From the human T2T-CHM13v2.0 reference genome, Homo sapiens: a stretch of 64,000 bases of DNA. Made by a program: the position numbers and the translations under genes. The stretch's first letter is position 1, and each line of letters opens with the position of its first letter. Positions 24,068-41,800 of the stretch are shown in pieces. The notes beneath the pieces are model-generated. The model saw nothing but the letters and a program-made list of their open reading frames with translations, did no database searches and was not told the origin of the DNA. Location of the stretch: NCBI RefSeq assembly GCF_009914755.1, contig NC_060936.1; one strand, 5' to 3'.

Positions 24068-24393
24068 TTTTTCTTTTCTTTTCTTTTCTTCTTTTTTTTT
24101 TCTCTTTTAGAGAGGGGGGGCTCACTCTGTCACCCAGGCTGGAGTGCAATGGCGCAATCATAGCTCACAGCAGCCTTGAACTCCTGGGCTCAAACAATCC
24201 TCCCACCTCATCCTCCTGAGTAGCTGGGACTATAGGTATACATCACCATGCCTGGCTTATTTCTTCTTCTTCTTTATAGAGATGTGATCTCTCTATGTTG
24301 CCCAGGCTGGTCTCAAATTCCTGGGCTCAAGTGATCCTCCTGCCTCAGCCTCCTCAGTAGCTGAGACTATAGACACATGCCACCATGCCTGGC
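24068..24393 (-). mobile_element. AluJ (Jr4-like)
   Basis: Dimer whose left arm carries the right-arm-like gtagctgagactata motif. Confidence 0.85.
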
Positions 24394-24641
24394 TTATATA
24401 TTACCTAATGTTAAGGTTTAAAGTATAGATGACAGAATGACAGTTAAGGTCCAGAAAAGTCACAAAAGTCTCTTTGAAGCAACAGAGCTTGAACGTATGC
24501 AAGACTTGAATAGAGACACGGGAAAAAGGAAGAATTTTGAAGGGTTAACATGACTGTGGCCAAGCAGATATTCCAGGATGAGCCTGGCATGCTCTTGGGA
24601 TAAGAGGATTGATTGGTCTGTCTAGGGTAGGGAGTGTATGT

Positions 24642-25135
24642 ATGTGTTCAGTCAGGATCCTTAGCTGTGTACAACAGAAAGCTCTGGCTAATTTAAGGAT
24701 TTGGATAGTTTATAAAATCTTCAGGAGAAACATAGGGCCAGGTTTAGAGGCTAAGCAGCCAGAGTCAATGACCAAAATCATAATGCAAAACTGGTCTGGT
24801 GAAGGGTCTACGGTAGCTATTGATGCATAGACACAGGAGTTTGCATTGTTGACCCCAAAGTACTGTCACTGATGCCTCTGGAAAGTGGGTGGGTATTGCC
24901 ACTATCACCTCAAGTTCGCTTTGCATTTTGTGGCATCCTTTCATTTTATATGTCTGTCTTAGGAGAGTCTAGATCATGTGCTATGACACATGATGGCACT
25001 GCAAGGGAGGCCGGAATAGTGATTATCTGGTATCTGCAGCCTCTACAGCACGAGGGTAGCTCTGCTTCAGAAGGTTGGAGATTCCCCATAGATAAGAAAA
25101 GAGTTCCGTTGTTGGATGGCCAAAAGTCTACTGCA
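24642..25135 (-). mobile_element. Old MLT1-type LTR
   Basis: tcagtcaggatccttagctg...aacagaaa...tggctaatttaa; diverged. Confidence 0.45.
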
Positions 25136-25659
25136 GTGTCTATGACAAATAAAAATACGACTGGAATCATTATTGGAGAGTCAAGGAAATTAATATAGAT
25201 ATCCAAACAGAAGAATTTAGCTTTGTATTTAAGGAAAAATGGAGCTATTAAAGATTTCAGAACAGAATAGAGACATTAATCATAAACAGAGTGGTTGATT
25301 TATAAACATTTGTTGAATGAATAAATAATTACAGCACTGACCAAGATTAGATAAATCCAAAAATGAATTGAAAGGATTTGAGATTGAAACACTAGTCTGC
25401 AGCAGTCATCTAAGCACAAAAGGGAAACACCTTGAACTAGAGAAGTAGAAATGGAAATGGAGACAAAAACACTATATGAAAAATATTTTGAAGAGAAGAT
25501 CAATAGGTCCTACTGACTTAAGGAGTATAAACAATAAAAGAGCAAATAATCTCCTAAATGATTCCAAATTTTTCAGCATAGGTCACTGAGGAAACTTAGA
25601 CCCCAAAGGTGATGTGGCTGAATTTTCATTCTGAAGTCTTTAAACATTCTACTGCCACC

Positions 25660-27140
<1,481 letters not shown>

Positions 27141-28169
27141 AAGACTGAAGACATTAAGCATAAGAGGATACTGAAACAACAAAGTGAAAATTCAATAGAC
27201 TTCTGGCATCTGCTTTGTCTCAGTCCTTTATTCTGAGGCCAGCCAGTCCACACTCATTCCTCAGGAAGCCCTTAAGTGCTGGCTTCAGCCAAGCACTTCT
27301 CTCTGGCATTTGTCCAGACTGTTTGCCAGTTTTACATTCAGCCTTCTTCCTCAAACCTTCAAGTTCGTTCTCACTAGGTTGGGAGGAGAGGGCAGGGGAC
27401 TTCTCTCCCTAGCCCTGAATTTTTCCCAGGCTTGAAACTAGAAGTTGCGACATTGGCTGAATTTTAAGGAGAAACATCTTCCCTTCTCTATACTTCTCAC
27501 TGGGCTCTCCACATAGGAAGAGAAGTGGCATCATTCATGGCCCAGCCTCGGAGAAGAGCTGTTCGAAGCAGGCAGCCTATCCTCTGTGGCTTTTGTTCTC
27601 TCATCTGCAGGCCTTCTCCCCTCCATGAAGTGCGCGGGTTGCCCTGGAGATGCCCAGCTGCTCTGCCTATCACAGGCTAAATCAGTCTGATTCCCTGGGA
27701 GAAAAAGCAGGAATCTACTTGGGCCCTGGGCACAAGGCACATTTCAAATTCATATCTATTAATAAAATAAACCCAGAGTCAAAAGATGTGTGATTAATTG
27801 GCCACCTCAAGCCTCAACAATGCCCTGCGTTGAGTCTTCCTCCTTATTTTGGTGACTCACTTAGGCAGTTTCCTTTGACTTTGAAGCTCTTTTGAGGCTC
27901 TTGATTTGAACATCTGTCCTTAGTTTTACCAAATGTAAACCTATGTAACATAGTCCTTCTGCCAGCTCCAGCCCTTTGCAACATACACTAACCCTGATTC
28001 CTCCTCGCTTATTTCTGACTGAAGATATGTGATTAGAATTCCAAAGGAAAATATCATTTTTTCCTAAATAAGCTGTGTTTGGTGTTGGAGTTTGGCCGTT
28101 GGGGTTGATTCAATACACAATATACATCATACCAACAACAAAGGATCTGTCCGCACGTGGACTAGTTAA

Positions 28170-28532
<363 letters not shown>

Positions 28533-29135
28533 CAACTCTTCTAGTTCTTTATCCAAGTGGAATCTAAGGAGAGAGCATAATGATTACTGGAATTCCAGGA
28601 CCTTTAGTGGAACAATAACCTGAGTCATGCTGAATTACTAATCAGTAGCAACCTTTATGTAGACCAAGAACAGCATTATCATTGCATACATTAGCAACAG
28701 AAGATTCCTCAAAATGAAAGAACTTTCCTTCTTTGATGTTAGACACATGGACGGTTAAATGTTAAAAGAAAACACGATATAAATTTTTAATTCTCAGAGC
28801 AGTCAGGTCAATAGTTATGAATTAATTAATTATTATTAGCATCATTTAAAAAATTTACCCGGCAAATATTATATGCAACACTGTGCCTGGCACCACAATG
28901 GAGAACAGACAATGGGCTGCCTCAAGGAATGTACAAAGTAGTTGAGAAGGCAAGACACATTCATATGGAAATACTGCCAACAGTACAAAATAGTATGCAA
29001 GAAATGTCAGAATAAATAGGACAGGAAATGTGACAGAAAAAGAAGAGCCATTATTGGGTCCTGGAAACTGTTCATCTTCAGTCTCACATTGGATGTTAGG
29101 ATCTGAGTTGAACTTTATGGTTTAAATAGAATTTA

Positions 29136-29559
<424 letters not shown>

Positions 29560-29640
29560 GAGCTAGGTGAGTCTCTTTTGTACATGAAAAAGCAAGGATG
29601 GACTCTGCAGCAATGGGGCACATTAGAAGTAGAAACCCAT

Positions 29641-29958
29641 GGCCACGCACAGCGGCTCATGCCTATAATCCCAACACTTTGGGAGGCCAAGGTGAGCAGA
29701 GTGCTTGAGCCCAAGAGTTCAAGACCAGCCTGGCCAACATAGTGAGACCCCTGTCTCTACAAAAAAGACAAAAATTAGCTGAGCATGGTGTTGTGCACCT
29801 GTAGTCCCTGATATTCTGGAGGCTGCAGTGGGAGGATCACTTGAACTCAGGAGGTCAAGACTGCAGTGAGCCAAGATTGTGCCACTGCATGCCAGCCTGG
29901 GTGGCAGAGAGAGAGAGAGAAAAACTCTGTCTAAAAATAAAAATAAAATGAAAAAAAT
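29641..29958 (+). mobile_element. AluJ
   Basis: Dimer; TSD aagtagaaacccat/aagtagaaaaccat. Confidence 0.9.
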
Positions 29959-30030
29959 TTTAAGTAGAAAACCATACACTAAGTTTCAGTGCCTGACACA
30001 AAGTTGTATAGCACTCTCTGTTTTCAGTTA

Positions 30031-30347
<317 letters not shown>

Positions 30348-33300
30348 GAAGAAATGTATGAAATATCACCACAAAGAGAATTACTTTGAGTCAGGAGCTC
30401 CACATCTGTCACTGAATCCTCTCAATAATCCTGTAAGGTACATATTTCCTCATTTTCTACATGTAGAAACTGATGGTCAAAAAAAAACCTTGCCAGGTCA
30501 CACAGTAGTAAAGAGGGGAGTTGGGATACAAACAAATCTGACGCCTTCACTTTACGCCGTATTGAAGGAGAAAGCTAATACTTGCCTCCCTGTAAAAATA
30601 GACCCCAGCTTGGAAAGCACAGGATTCAGTTGATCAAGTTACTGTGTTTCCCCCAAATCATCTAAAATTCTGTGTTCTGTATTAGTGGGAGGTTCAGTCA
30701 ACAATTGTAAAAAAAAGTGCCAATATTATTAATAAAATTAGTAATTATTCAAAAAATAACTAAGTAATCGGTGTTTGCAGATATCTTTCAGGCAAAGACA
30801 ATTTTTCCTAACTTAGTACACTCAAAATTCTATAGCTCCTATTCAATATATGCATGGGAAATGACATTTTCCATATCTATTCAGTATTTTGAATTGTGCC
30901 TTAGGTTAAAAAAAAGATTAAGATGAGCCCTGTAGCTTTCTTACATACTAAAAAGATCAATAGTGAGACTATTTTTGCTTTAAATTCTTTTAAAAGAATT
31001 CTCATATTGTTTCCAGCTAGGTTCTCTATCCATGTGATGTCTGGCTGGAAAAATAATCCTGCCCTCTGCAATTCTTAGTGTGCCCTCGATTGCGTAACAC
31101 ATTAGATAGTGTGATACTCAAGAGAAGGATTTCAAACACATCAAAGCGATTTCACTAAAATCAAGAATCCCTATGCATAAGGTTGATATGTTCTTATGCT
31201 TTAAAATAGTTTCTATTTTTCCTAGAGCTATGTTAAATGTCTTCTAACTAATTATGAGAAATTAGATTCTTCTCATCATGGTATATTTGCAATTCAACTC
31301 AAAGACACAGAAGAGCTGCTAAACGTTTAGAACTTTTTTCTTTTTTAATTAAGTTTCTTTTACATTAATCTTTTGATTGTTTTCAGAAATCTAAGATGTT
31401 TCCAAATCTTCATTTATAGTAAGGTCTATTACTTAATAAGTATTAAGACCTTGGAAACCTACTCTCTAAAAGATGATACTGAAAAATAAATGATCTAGTT
31501 AGCTAATTTTGTATTAAGGAACTAGAAATAAAAACTACCTTTTTTAACCCTGTTATAAAATAATGTAAAATTACTTTCCTCTAAAGATATAAACTATATC
31601 TTAGGGATTTCAGAGAAATCTAAATAGTGCACGCACAGGATAGAGACCATTGCCTCATTTAAAAAAATATTCTTCATATATTGATTATTCTTTAACATAT
31701 AGATGATTTAACTTTTCTCTCTCCACCAAAAGAATTCTGACACCAACTATCCTCTCATAGACAAATTATCTCACTACATCTGAAAACCTTTGAATAATTA
31801 TTGTTTCACTGCCTCTGAAAACCTTTTAAATGTCTCATCTTGCTCACCATTGGTGAGCTTTGAAATATAAATCACACAAACTTTTAAATGCACTGATTAT
31901 GCAAGGCATTTGTTCAGTCGTTTAGAAATTAGCAGTCACTGCCTCTACTTCCTCTTTACTCATTCACTCCTTATTCCAACACAAGCTGGCTCCTTTTCCC
32001 ATCCAACAACCTCCTTATCGTCACTTATGACCACTTTTGGACTTTACTCAGAGCTCAACCTTTTTAATTTCTCAGCCACATTTTATACAACTGATCCCTT
32101 CATTCTTCTTTCTCTCTCTTCTCCTTTGGCTTTGATAAAGCTTTGCTCTCCTTGTTCTTCTGTGTTTCATTTGTATCTGTTCTTTCTCCCTTAACCAGCT
32201 AAACAAATTATCCTATTAGAGCTTCAGGTTTCACCTGCATCCAGAATGGCACCAAATCTGTCTCTAGCTGAGAACACTCTTAATATACAGAACCAAATAT
32301 TTGCGTGCCCACCTTATTTCTCCCCCAATCTGTCCTTTCTCCTCCTTTGACTCGACATTTCCCTAGTGAGAATCCTGTTATTCTCCCCTCAGACACCCAA
32401 CCCACATGATCTATTTCTGTTAATGATATACTAACTTTCCAGTCAATCTATACTAACTTTCCAGTCAATCTGACACACAAGTGCAGAGTGGTCTTCATTC
32501 TTCCTCCTTTGACCCCTACTTCAAATCAGTCAAATTCACAATATCTTTCAAACCTCTGTCTTCTTTTCTAACACTATTCCTGAACAGGGTTTTTTCTGAT
32601 TTTATTTTAGTGATTTGTGTAATGCCTTTTCTTTTTTTCAAAAGTGTATGCTCTAAAAAGAAAGGGATGGTGTTTTATGCATACAGGATAATCCTTTGGC
32701 TGTGCCATTAAATGCTGGAAGGGCAGTACGCTCCAGAATTCCTACAAAGAAGGGGTTTAGAGCTGGAAATCTGGGAGGAAAGGGAGGGAAGGCATTGGAA
32801 ATTTCATTTAAAAGACAATTGCATGGTTAGCATACCATTTTCACTTGGGCTACGTGGGTGGCTTTGGGATTCTGACAAAGATTTTGGGAGCTACAAAAAC
32901 CCTAGATCTCTTAGCACTGCCTCAACTGGGCAGCCCATTGCCCAAAAGTAAATTTTACCAAGAGAAGATCAGAGGTAAATCCAGCTTCCGAAGATGGTAA
33001 AAGGAGCCCTTTTTGTTTTCCTAGAGGCACTGCCAGTCCCTATTGAGCCCAGCTCAAAGGGCTGTCAGGCTCTCCTCTTTGTCTCCTTCTCCCTTTCTTT
33101 CTTTCTCTCACAGTTCTCTTACTCACTTGCCCTCTTCGCCCTAGTTCCACTTCTCACTCATCTCAACCAGTGTCTCCTTTGCAGAAAGAAGGGACAAAGG
33201 GAAACTGCTTCTCTCTGCCCAGAGCCAGATGAAACTCCTTCATCTGACTGCATAGTGCTGATGCATTATTCTAAGGAACCTCAGTCTCTTATCTCCAATT

Positions 33301-35728
33301 TACCATTTTTCTGCTCTCCAAATTTGGAATAAATCAGAACTGCAGGAGGGGAGAGTAAGCACTTCACCCAAGAGGATTAAGGATTTTAAAAACCCATCCT
33401 ACAATTCACATACTCACACAAAATTTAACATAGTGACTAACACAAATAAATATTTGATAAGCAAACTAACAGATATGTTCTCTGTAAAGGTCCATAGAAG
33501 AAATGGAAAGAGTCTAAAAACCAAATATACTAAATTCTAATTAATGTGTAATGCTTTGTAAAATACAATAAAAGAATTTAATCATTTTTCCTTGAATTAA
33601 TGGTGTCTTCCTAATGAGTCTAAGTTGTTAATGAATTTGGCTTAGCTCTCGTAAAATCAATGAAGCATTTCTATCAAATCAGTATTCAGAGTGTGTGCCC
33701 ATTGATTTCAACATAATGCTTTATATGTGAACTACGAAAACACAGTTATTTACAACCCAGTGCTCAAAGGTTCCTCACTTGAGAAGATTAAGAAAAATGC
33801 TGATGTTTTAGAGATAGTCCAAAATATAGAGTTCTAAATGTCACCAAATAGGATATAAAGCCGTATACCAGGCATTTTGGTAAACCACGTTCTATGTTTC
33901 CACTAGATAAACCAACTAGGGTAAATGTTACACAGTTGAGATTGGATTTGTTTGGTTGGCAACAGCCATCCCTCCTTCAGCAACCATTTATAGGGGCCAA
34001 ATAGGGACAGAAGAGAACAGTTTTGTGTGTGGATGCTTGGTCCAAAAAAAAAAAACACAAAGCACAGTATCTAGTTCATTTAATACCCTGCCCTAGGGAC
34101 TCACTCTGAACCATAATACAGAAAAAAGGCTGCAGAGAAAGGTTGAAGTGGCTGTTTACACAAAGAACTTTGTGAGATTAGCACCAGATTAACAATCTTC
34201 AAGGCAGAGCTGGGGAAAGGGTATTTTATCATTTCTGCAAACAACATAGCATGGCTCCAGTGTTGCAGTAAAAATGGAGAGGAATCCAGTAGTCTTCGGC
34301 AAGGTGGAGATTTTGCAGCTTGGGGAGCGCTGTAAGAAAGTATGCTGGATAGAGAAGTGCCATTTGCACAGAGGTCACTGTAAGGCAGCTTGCGCCCAGC
34401 AGCTCTCAAAAACACTTAAATGCAATAGCGCTAGAGTGATTTTGTGAATACATGTGAATCCCAGGAATGGCTAGGGAGTTTTACAGGTTGTACCAGTGGT
34501 AATCAGCCAGCTAACAAAATAAAGATATATGCTAACATGGCCTCATTTGTAACTAAAGCCGCCGAAATTTGGGGATATTTAGAATATAGTCATAAATACG
34601 TAAATGAAAGCACTTCTGATTCAAAGTTAACCATTCTAATTGGTATGTGTACAATTTCACTTAACAGTCTGAAGTTTTCAGGTATTTGGACGCCAGAACA
34701 TCACCTTTAATTTGATACATATCTCTCCTTTCTTGATTATTCATCCTACCCAAACTGAAAACAGCAAAACACATTTATTGAGAGTTCTCTTTTCGAGAAA
34801 CTACATTGAGCAGTGTAGAAGAATAAAAAATGGAATAAACAATGTTCCCTCAATGAACACAAAATGTATTTGGGGATACGAGATGACACATAAAAGACAA
34901 TTAAAATAGGTTAAAAACATATGTTTATATGCACATAAAATACTTCTGGAAGAATTTGTAAATACAGTGGTTTTGTCTACAAAGGAGGACTTTAAGACAG
35001 GGGTAGATGTGAAACTTTCTTTTCACTCTTAGCCATTTGCACAATTGGAACTTTTTTGCCAACCTCTTTCAAGAAAAAAAAATAATTGAGTTGTATTTTT
35101 CTAAAGTACAAAATGGAGGATTATTAAAACCTAGCTGTAACCTGAACAAAAGCACAGACGTTTTGAGTCAGACAAACATGACATTGTTAACTGAGCTAAA
35201 GCCAATTGAGCCTTTCAGAATTATCTGGTTCTTTTTGGTAAATGTCTGTGATCTCTGGCACTTAACAGTAGATGAGAACTCTACCCACAGTCTTACCAAA
35301 AGATAGGATGTTATAATAAAGGCAAATCTCAGACCAAATATTGTGGCAAATGCAAATTTTTATTAGGAAACAGGCACTAAAAATGCCATACAACCTCTAA
35401 GGTTGGTGAAGTCCCATCTCAGATGTTAGGCCCTCAAACATCTGTCTTGCAAGAATGTGGGAATATTTTAGCATTAGAATCAGCTAATCTTCTACTTGAA
35501 TTAGACAACGGCATTTTCCATTAAGTGGTAGATGGATTAAATGGAATCCTTGGCCTGAGGGCTTCTTCAAAGAGCTTTAGGCCAATGGGCTCCTTAGTTC
35601 TTATTAATATGTAATATTATGATGCAATATTGTTATGCAACATTTATAGAGGTGTCTTTATATGATTTTGGGTCAACAAACATATTTTAAATACCACTTA
35701 TTTCACCAACTAACAATGATTTCCAACA

Positions 35729-35985
35729 GAGGCAGCACAGTATGATGATAAAGAATGTAGGCTCTGCAGTCAGGCTGTCTGGGTTCAAATCTGTCTGTAC
35801 CACTTACTAGCCACATAACCTTGAACAAGTTATTTAAACTCTCTGTGCCTCTTTTCTCTCATCAGTAAAATAGGAATCATAACTATGCCTACCTTGTAGA
35901 GTTATTATGAGAATTAAATGAGATGATATTCGCAAATTGCTTAGATCAGGGTCTGGCATATAATAAATGTTCTATGAGTATTTAT
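35729..35985 (+). mobile_element. MIR, near full length
   Basis: ctgggttcaaatc...ccacttactagc...ccttgaacaagttatttaaactctctgtgcctc...gagaattaaatgagat. Confidence 0.85.
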
Positions 35986-36059
35986 AAATATATTAAATAA
36001 GTAACCTTTATGTTAATTAGTGAACTCTCTAGCAATGATTCTGATAGTAATATCAGGTT

Positions 36060-36407
36060 TTCTTGCAGCCTCGTGAGATACATACAGATAGTGACACCAT
36101 GTAGAATAAAGGGAAGGTATGATTACTGATCATTATGAAATTCTAGGTTTCCCTAAGAATTAGTGTTCCCTTCTGTAATACAACCTCCTGCATATGCAGG
36201 TGTTATTGGCCCTCTTAGTGTCACCCTGTGGTAACTAGATTTTGGGGAACTGCTGAAAAAATGCTGATACTTTACTGCTATTGCTGTGAGTAATGAACTC
36301 TCCATCTCTGACTGAGAGTCTTGTGTCTTCTGCAGCATCCATGAAACTATAGCAGATAAACTTAAGTTGCAAGTAGGGTAAAATCTCAGCCCTTCACATT
36401 CTTGACA
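36060..36407 (+). mobile_element. LTR40-family LTR, 3' part
   Basis: gcatccatgaaact...ttgcaagtagggtaaaatctcagcccttcacattcttgaca. Confidence 0.7.
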
Positions 36408-36429
36408 ATTTTAATGGTATATTATTAGC

Positions 36430-37930
<1,501 letters not shown>

Positions 37931-38866
37931 TAATTTTTCTGTGAAATCATCATCACTCTCACTAGCTATAAAAGATTCAATGGGTTTTAACCTCACTGAA
38001 CTTTGATCTTTAAAATATGAGTAATACTATCTAATTTACTGTACTGGCAAAAGAAGTATATTAAATAATTCATATAGACCATTTAGCACAATGCCTGGCT
38101 CATATTAAGAATAATAATAATGTAAACTAAATAACTGCTGAGAGGGTTAAGAGTAGTATGGATGGTGTTATCCATTAAGGTTCCCTGGGAAAAGGATTTC
38201 TAAGATGACCATTAAAGAAATTATTAGAGAGAACATTCTGTATAAGAAAATCATGCAAAAGCACCAAGGAAAAATTACTAAGATGAGCATAGCAATCAGC
38301 AACCCATCAGGTGTTTTTGGCTAGGTCAGACAAGCCATGCCCAATCATAGCGAAAATTCAGAAAGAGGCAGAAAGAGGTATGGAAGGAGAGAGGAAGAGA
38401 GGTAATAAACCCAGAGATAGGAAAAATGGGCTAGAAAATAATAAGACATAGTAGAACCAAGTAGAGAAATGATGTATAGAGACTGGTGTTTGAAGTAGGC
38501 TGTTTTGAAAAGAATATGTAAAATGAATAGCAGCAAGGCATGAATTGAGACCAAGAAACGAAGTAGAAACCTATCACTCTGCCATGTAAGAGGAGACAGG
38601 CTTAAATTACAAAAGAGAGAAAAGTAAGAGAATTCAAGAGATGTTATAAGGAAATATTTGCAGAAATTGCATCTAATCAGAAGAAAAAAAAGGAGTTGTA
38701 AATAACTTCAGTCTTAAATTGGAAAAAAAAATAGGTTGTCTCTAACTAATGCTCAAGTATACAATATGTGCAGGATGAAAACAAAAAGGAAAACTTAGAA
38801 GAAAAAAAGAAGCACTTTTAAAGGAAAACAGAAGAGATGCTAGAGATTGTGACAGTCGTTAGTGCT

Positions 38867-39198
38867 TGCATTAGTTTACTCAGGCCGCTGTAACAAAGTA
38901 CCAGAAACTGGGTGGCTCAGATAAGAGAACGTTATTGTCTCACAGCTCTAAAGATCAAAGAGTCAGCAGGGTTGGTTTCTTCAGAGGATTGTGAGGGGAA
39001 CTTTGCTCCATGCTGCTCTCCTAGTTTCTGGTGGCATGCTGGCAACCTGGCATTCTGTGGCTTCTGCTGCATCACCATGATCCCTGTCTTCTTCTTCACA
39101 TGGTGTTCTTCCTGTATGCATATCTGTGTTCAAATTTCTCCTTTTCACAAAGAAACCAGTCATATTAGATTAGGGGCCCATTCCTATTCAGTATGACC
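38867..39198 (-). mobile_element. MLT1C-like LTR, truncated
   Basis: gctgtaacaaagtacca...accagtcatattagattaggggccca...cagtatgacc. Confidence 0.8.
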
Positions 39199-39758
39199 AG
39201 AGGAGCAGAGGAACAGAGCGGCAGAGAGCGGTGGAAAGTGGCAGGGAGGCCCAGCAGCGAAGGAGGGAGGAGGCGCGTCTCAATATCCGCCAGAACAGCG
39301 GGACTCCAGGGGATGATCACTTTCCCACTCCATACCCCCACTTCCGGCTCCCCTTCCATCTTGCTGAGAGCCACCTCTACCATTCAATAAAATCTTGCAC
39401 TCATCCTTTAAGCCCACATGTGTTCCAATTCTTCGGGTACACTGGGCAAGCACTCAGAATACAGAAAGCTGTCACACTGGCCCTCTGCGCTTGCCATAAG
39501 GCGGAGGGTCTACAGAGGTGATTAACCCAAGCCGTCTGCAGCCGACAAAGCTGAAAAAGCACAGGCCCTCTTGGGCTTCAGGAGTCTCAAACACCCACCC
39601 CTAGATGCTGCCGTGGGGCTGGAGCCCAAAAGCTCACGGCCTCTGCACCTGCCTGTCTGCATGCTACCCCTAGGGGTTTGCGCAGTAGGCGATGGAAGAA
39701 GCAAGCCACACCCCTGTCGCATGTCCTGCAAGCAGGATAAAGAAACTCTCCAGTTTCA
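39199..39758 (+). mobile_element. LTR1-family (ERV1) LTR, 3' half
   Basis: gctgagagccacctc...aataaaa...cagaaagctgtcacactggccctctg...gaaactctccagtttca. Confidence 0.75.
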
Positions 39759-39909
39759 GTTGTGTTTTTTCTCAAAAGAATATTAATTGGGGAAGTGACC
39801 ACCTGTGAGTCAGCTATCACTTCATGTTTTAATAAATAAAGACTAAAAATACTAAAAACAAGTGAGACCAAAAGAGCTTTGTTTCTACCATTCTGCTTTG
39901 ACGAGCAAT

Positions 39910-40413
39910 GTGGCAGATTGTTCCTTTGGTACTTCTTGCTCCAAGTGAACCATACCTTCCTGGGTAGTCCCTTCCGACCTTGACTTTGGGATTGACCATT
40001 TGGTTGGCTTTGGCCAACGGTATTTTCGTTGGCATAATGAAAATAGAGACTTGCACATCAGGGCTTGCCCTTTTAGAATGCTTGTTCTTGAAACACTCCC
40101 TCTTGAAAACCAGAGACCATACTGTGAAAAGCCCACCCTAGCCACGTGGAGAGGCCACCTTGAGGGCCATCAAGACCCTGCCTGACAGCCCAGCTTAGTC
40201 CTGGCAAGCACCAACTTTAGCCATATGAGTGAGCCTTCTAGGAACTAGATCCTTAGACACAATCAAGCTTCCAGGACGGATACCGTGTGAGATGGAAATG
40301 AACTATCCCATCAAGCCCCCTTCAAATTGCAGATTTAAAAACAAATACATTACTCTTGCTATTTTAAGACACTAATTGGTTATTTTTTAATATAGCAATG
40401 GAGAACCAAAACA
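39910..40413 (+). mobile_element. MLT1F/G/H-like LTR
   Basis: gctttggccaa...ccacgtggagaggccac...atgagtgagcc...caaattgcagattt...tatagcaatggagaaccaaaaca. Confidence 0.65.
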
Positions 40414-40579
40414 ATCAATAGATGCTTTTTATAATAATTAGCTGGAAAATAAGAAATTATCTTTGTGTATTAATAACTCCTTGTTCTTCAGTAAAAAAAT
40501 ACCTTAGCATGATAGAGCCAAGATCATCAACTCTGAAACAAGACATAGTTAGGTTAAAACTCTAGCTCTCATACAATAT

Positions 40580-40790
40580 ATACACATGGACATAGAGTCT
40601 GGAATAATAGACATTGAAGACTCCATTTGGGAGGGAGGGAGGGGAGTGAGGGATAGGAAATTACTTAATGGGTACAATGTACTTTATTCAGGTGATGATT
40701 ACACTAAAAGCCCAGATTTTACCACTACACAATATATCGGTGCAGCAAAACTACACTTGTACTGTACCCCTTAAATTTATACAAATAATA
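40580..40790 (+). mobile_element. L1PB4/L1MA 3' end
   Basis: catggacatagag...aaattacttaatgggtacaatgtac...actaaaagcccaga. Confidence 0.8.
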
Positions 40791-41095
40791 CTTTTGTTTT
40801 GTTTTGTTTTGAAGACAAGATCTCAGTTTGTAGCCCAAGCTGGAGCACAGTGGCACCATCAACACTCACTGCACCCTTGACCTCCTAGGCTCAGGTGACC
40901 CTCCTGCCTCAGCCTCCTGAGTAATTGGGACTACAGGCATGCACCACCAAGCCCGGGTAATTTTTGTATTTTTGTAGAGATGGGGTTTTGCCATGTTGCC
41001 CAGACTGGTCTCAAACTCCTGAGCTCAAAAGCAATTCACCCACCTCAGCCTCCCAAAGTGCTGGGATTACAGGTGTGAGCCACCATGCCCAGCCA
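40791..41095 (-). mobile_element. AluJ (Jb-like)
   Basis: Full dimer. Confidence 0.9.
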
Positions 41096-41344
41096 AATAC
41101 TCCTTGGGAAAAAAACAAACAAAACCTCTAGCACTGTCACTTACCGTCCGGGCAACCTTGGACAAAAATCCCAACCTGTGAACTACAGTTTCTTCATTCA
41201 TACAATAAACATAGAAAGAACTCCCTCTGAGACTTATTGCGAAGATTAAAAACAATGATTCCATATAAAGTACCTGAAATAAAGTCTGCATTCAATAAAT
41301 GGTAATAGCAATTGTTATTATCAATTTGTTATAATTAATTATTA

Positions 41345-41800
41345 ATCATTCATCAAATGTTTATGGAGCATCAGCTACGTGACAAGCATATGGTAGGTGA
41401 TGGGAATACGAAGACAAGCCTATCCAGCACTATGCTTTCGGGGCTCTTAAAGTCTACTAATTGTAAGTTTAACAGAGCGAAGCTACAGGTTTTGTTAGAA
41501 AGCCTAACTGGGAAACCTATCTGAGATGGGTTGTCTGGGATGGTCACTATGAAAACATTTAAACTGAGTCCTAAAGAATAAGGAGGTATTCACCAGGAGA
41601 AGAATGCTGGAAAGAATGGTATGGACAGAAAGAACAGTATCTGAGACTCTGAAGCATGGAGGTCTTACGCATTCAAGGAGCTGAAAGAAGGCCACTGTGG
41701 CTTGAGTCTGGTTAGCAAGTAGAGAGTCATATAAAGGAGACCTTGAGACAGGTCTCATGTTTTTAATAGCTAACCTAGAGCCTTTGTCCTAAGAGACTGG
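41345..41800 (-). mobile_element. L2 3' fragment
   Basis: tcattcatcaaatgtttatggagc...aaggagctgaaagaaggccactgtggct. Confidence 0.6.
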
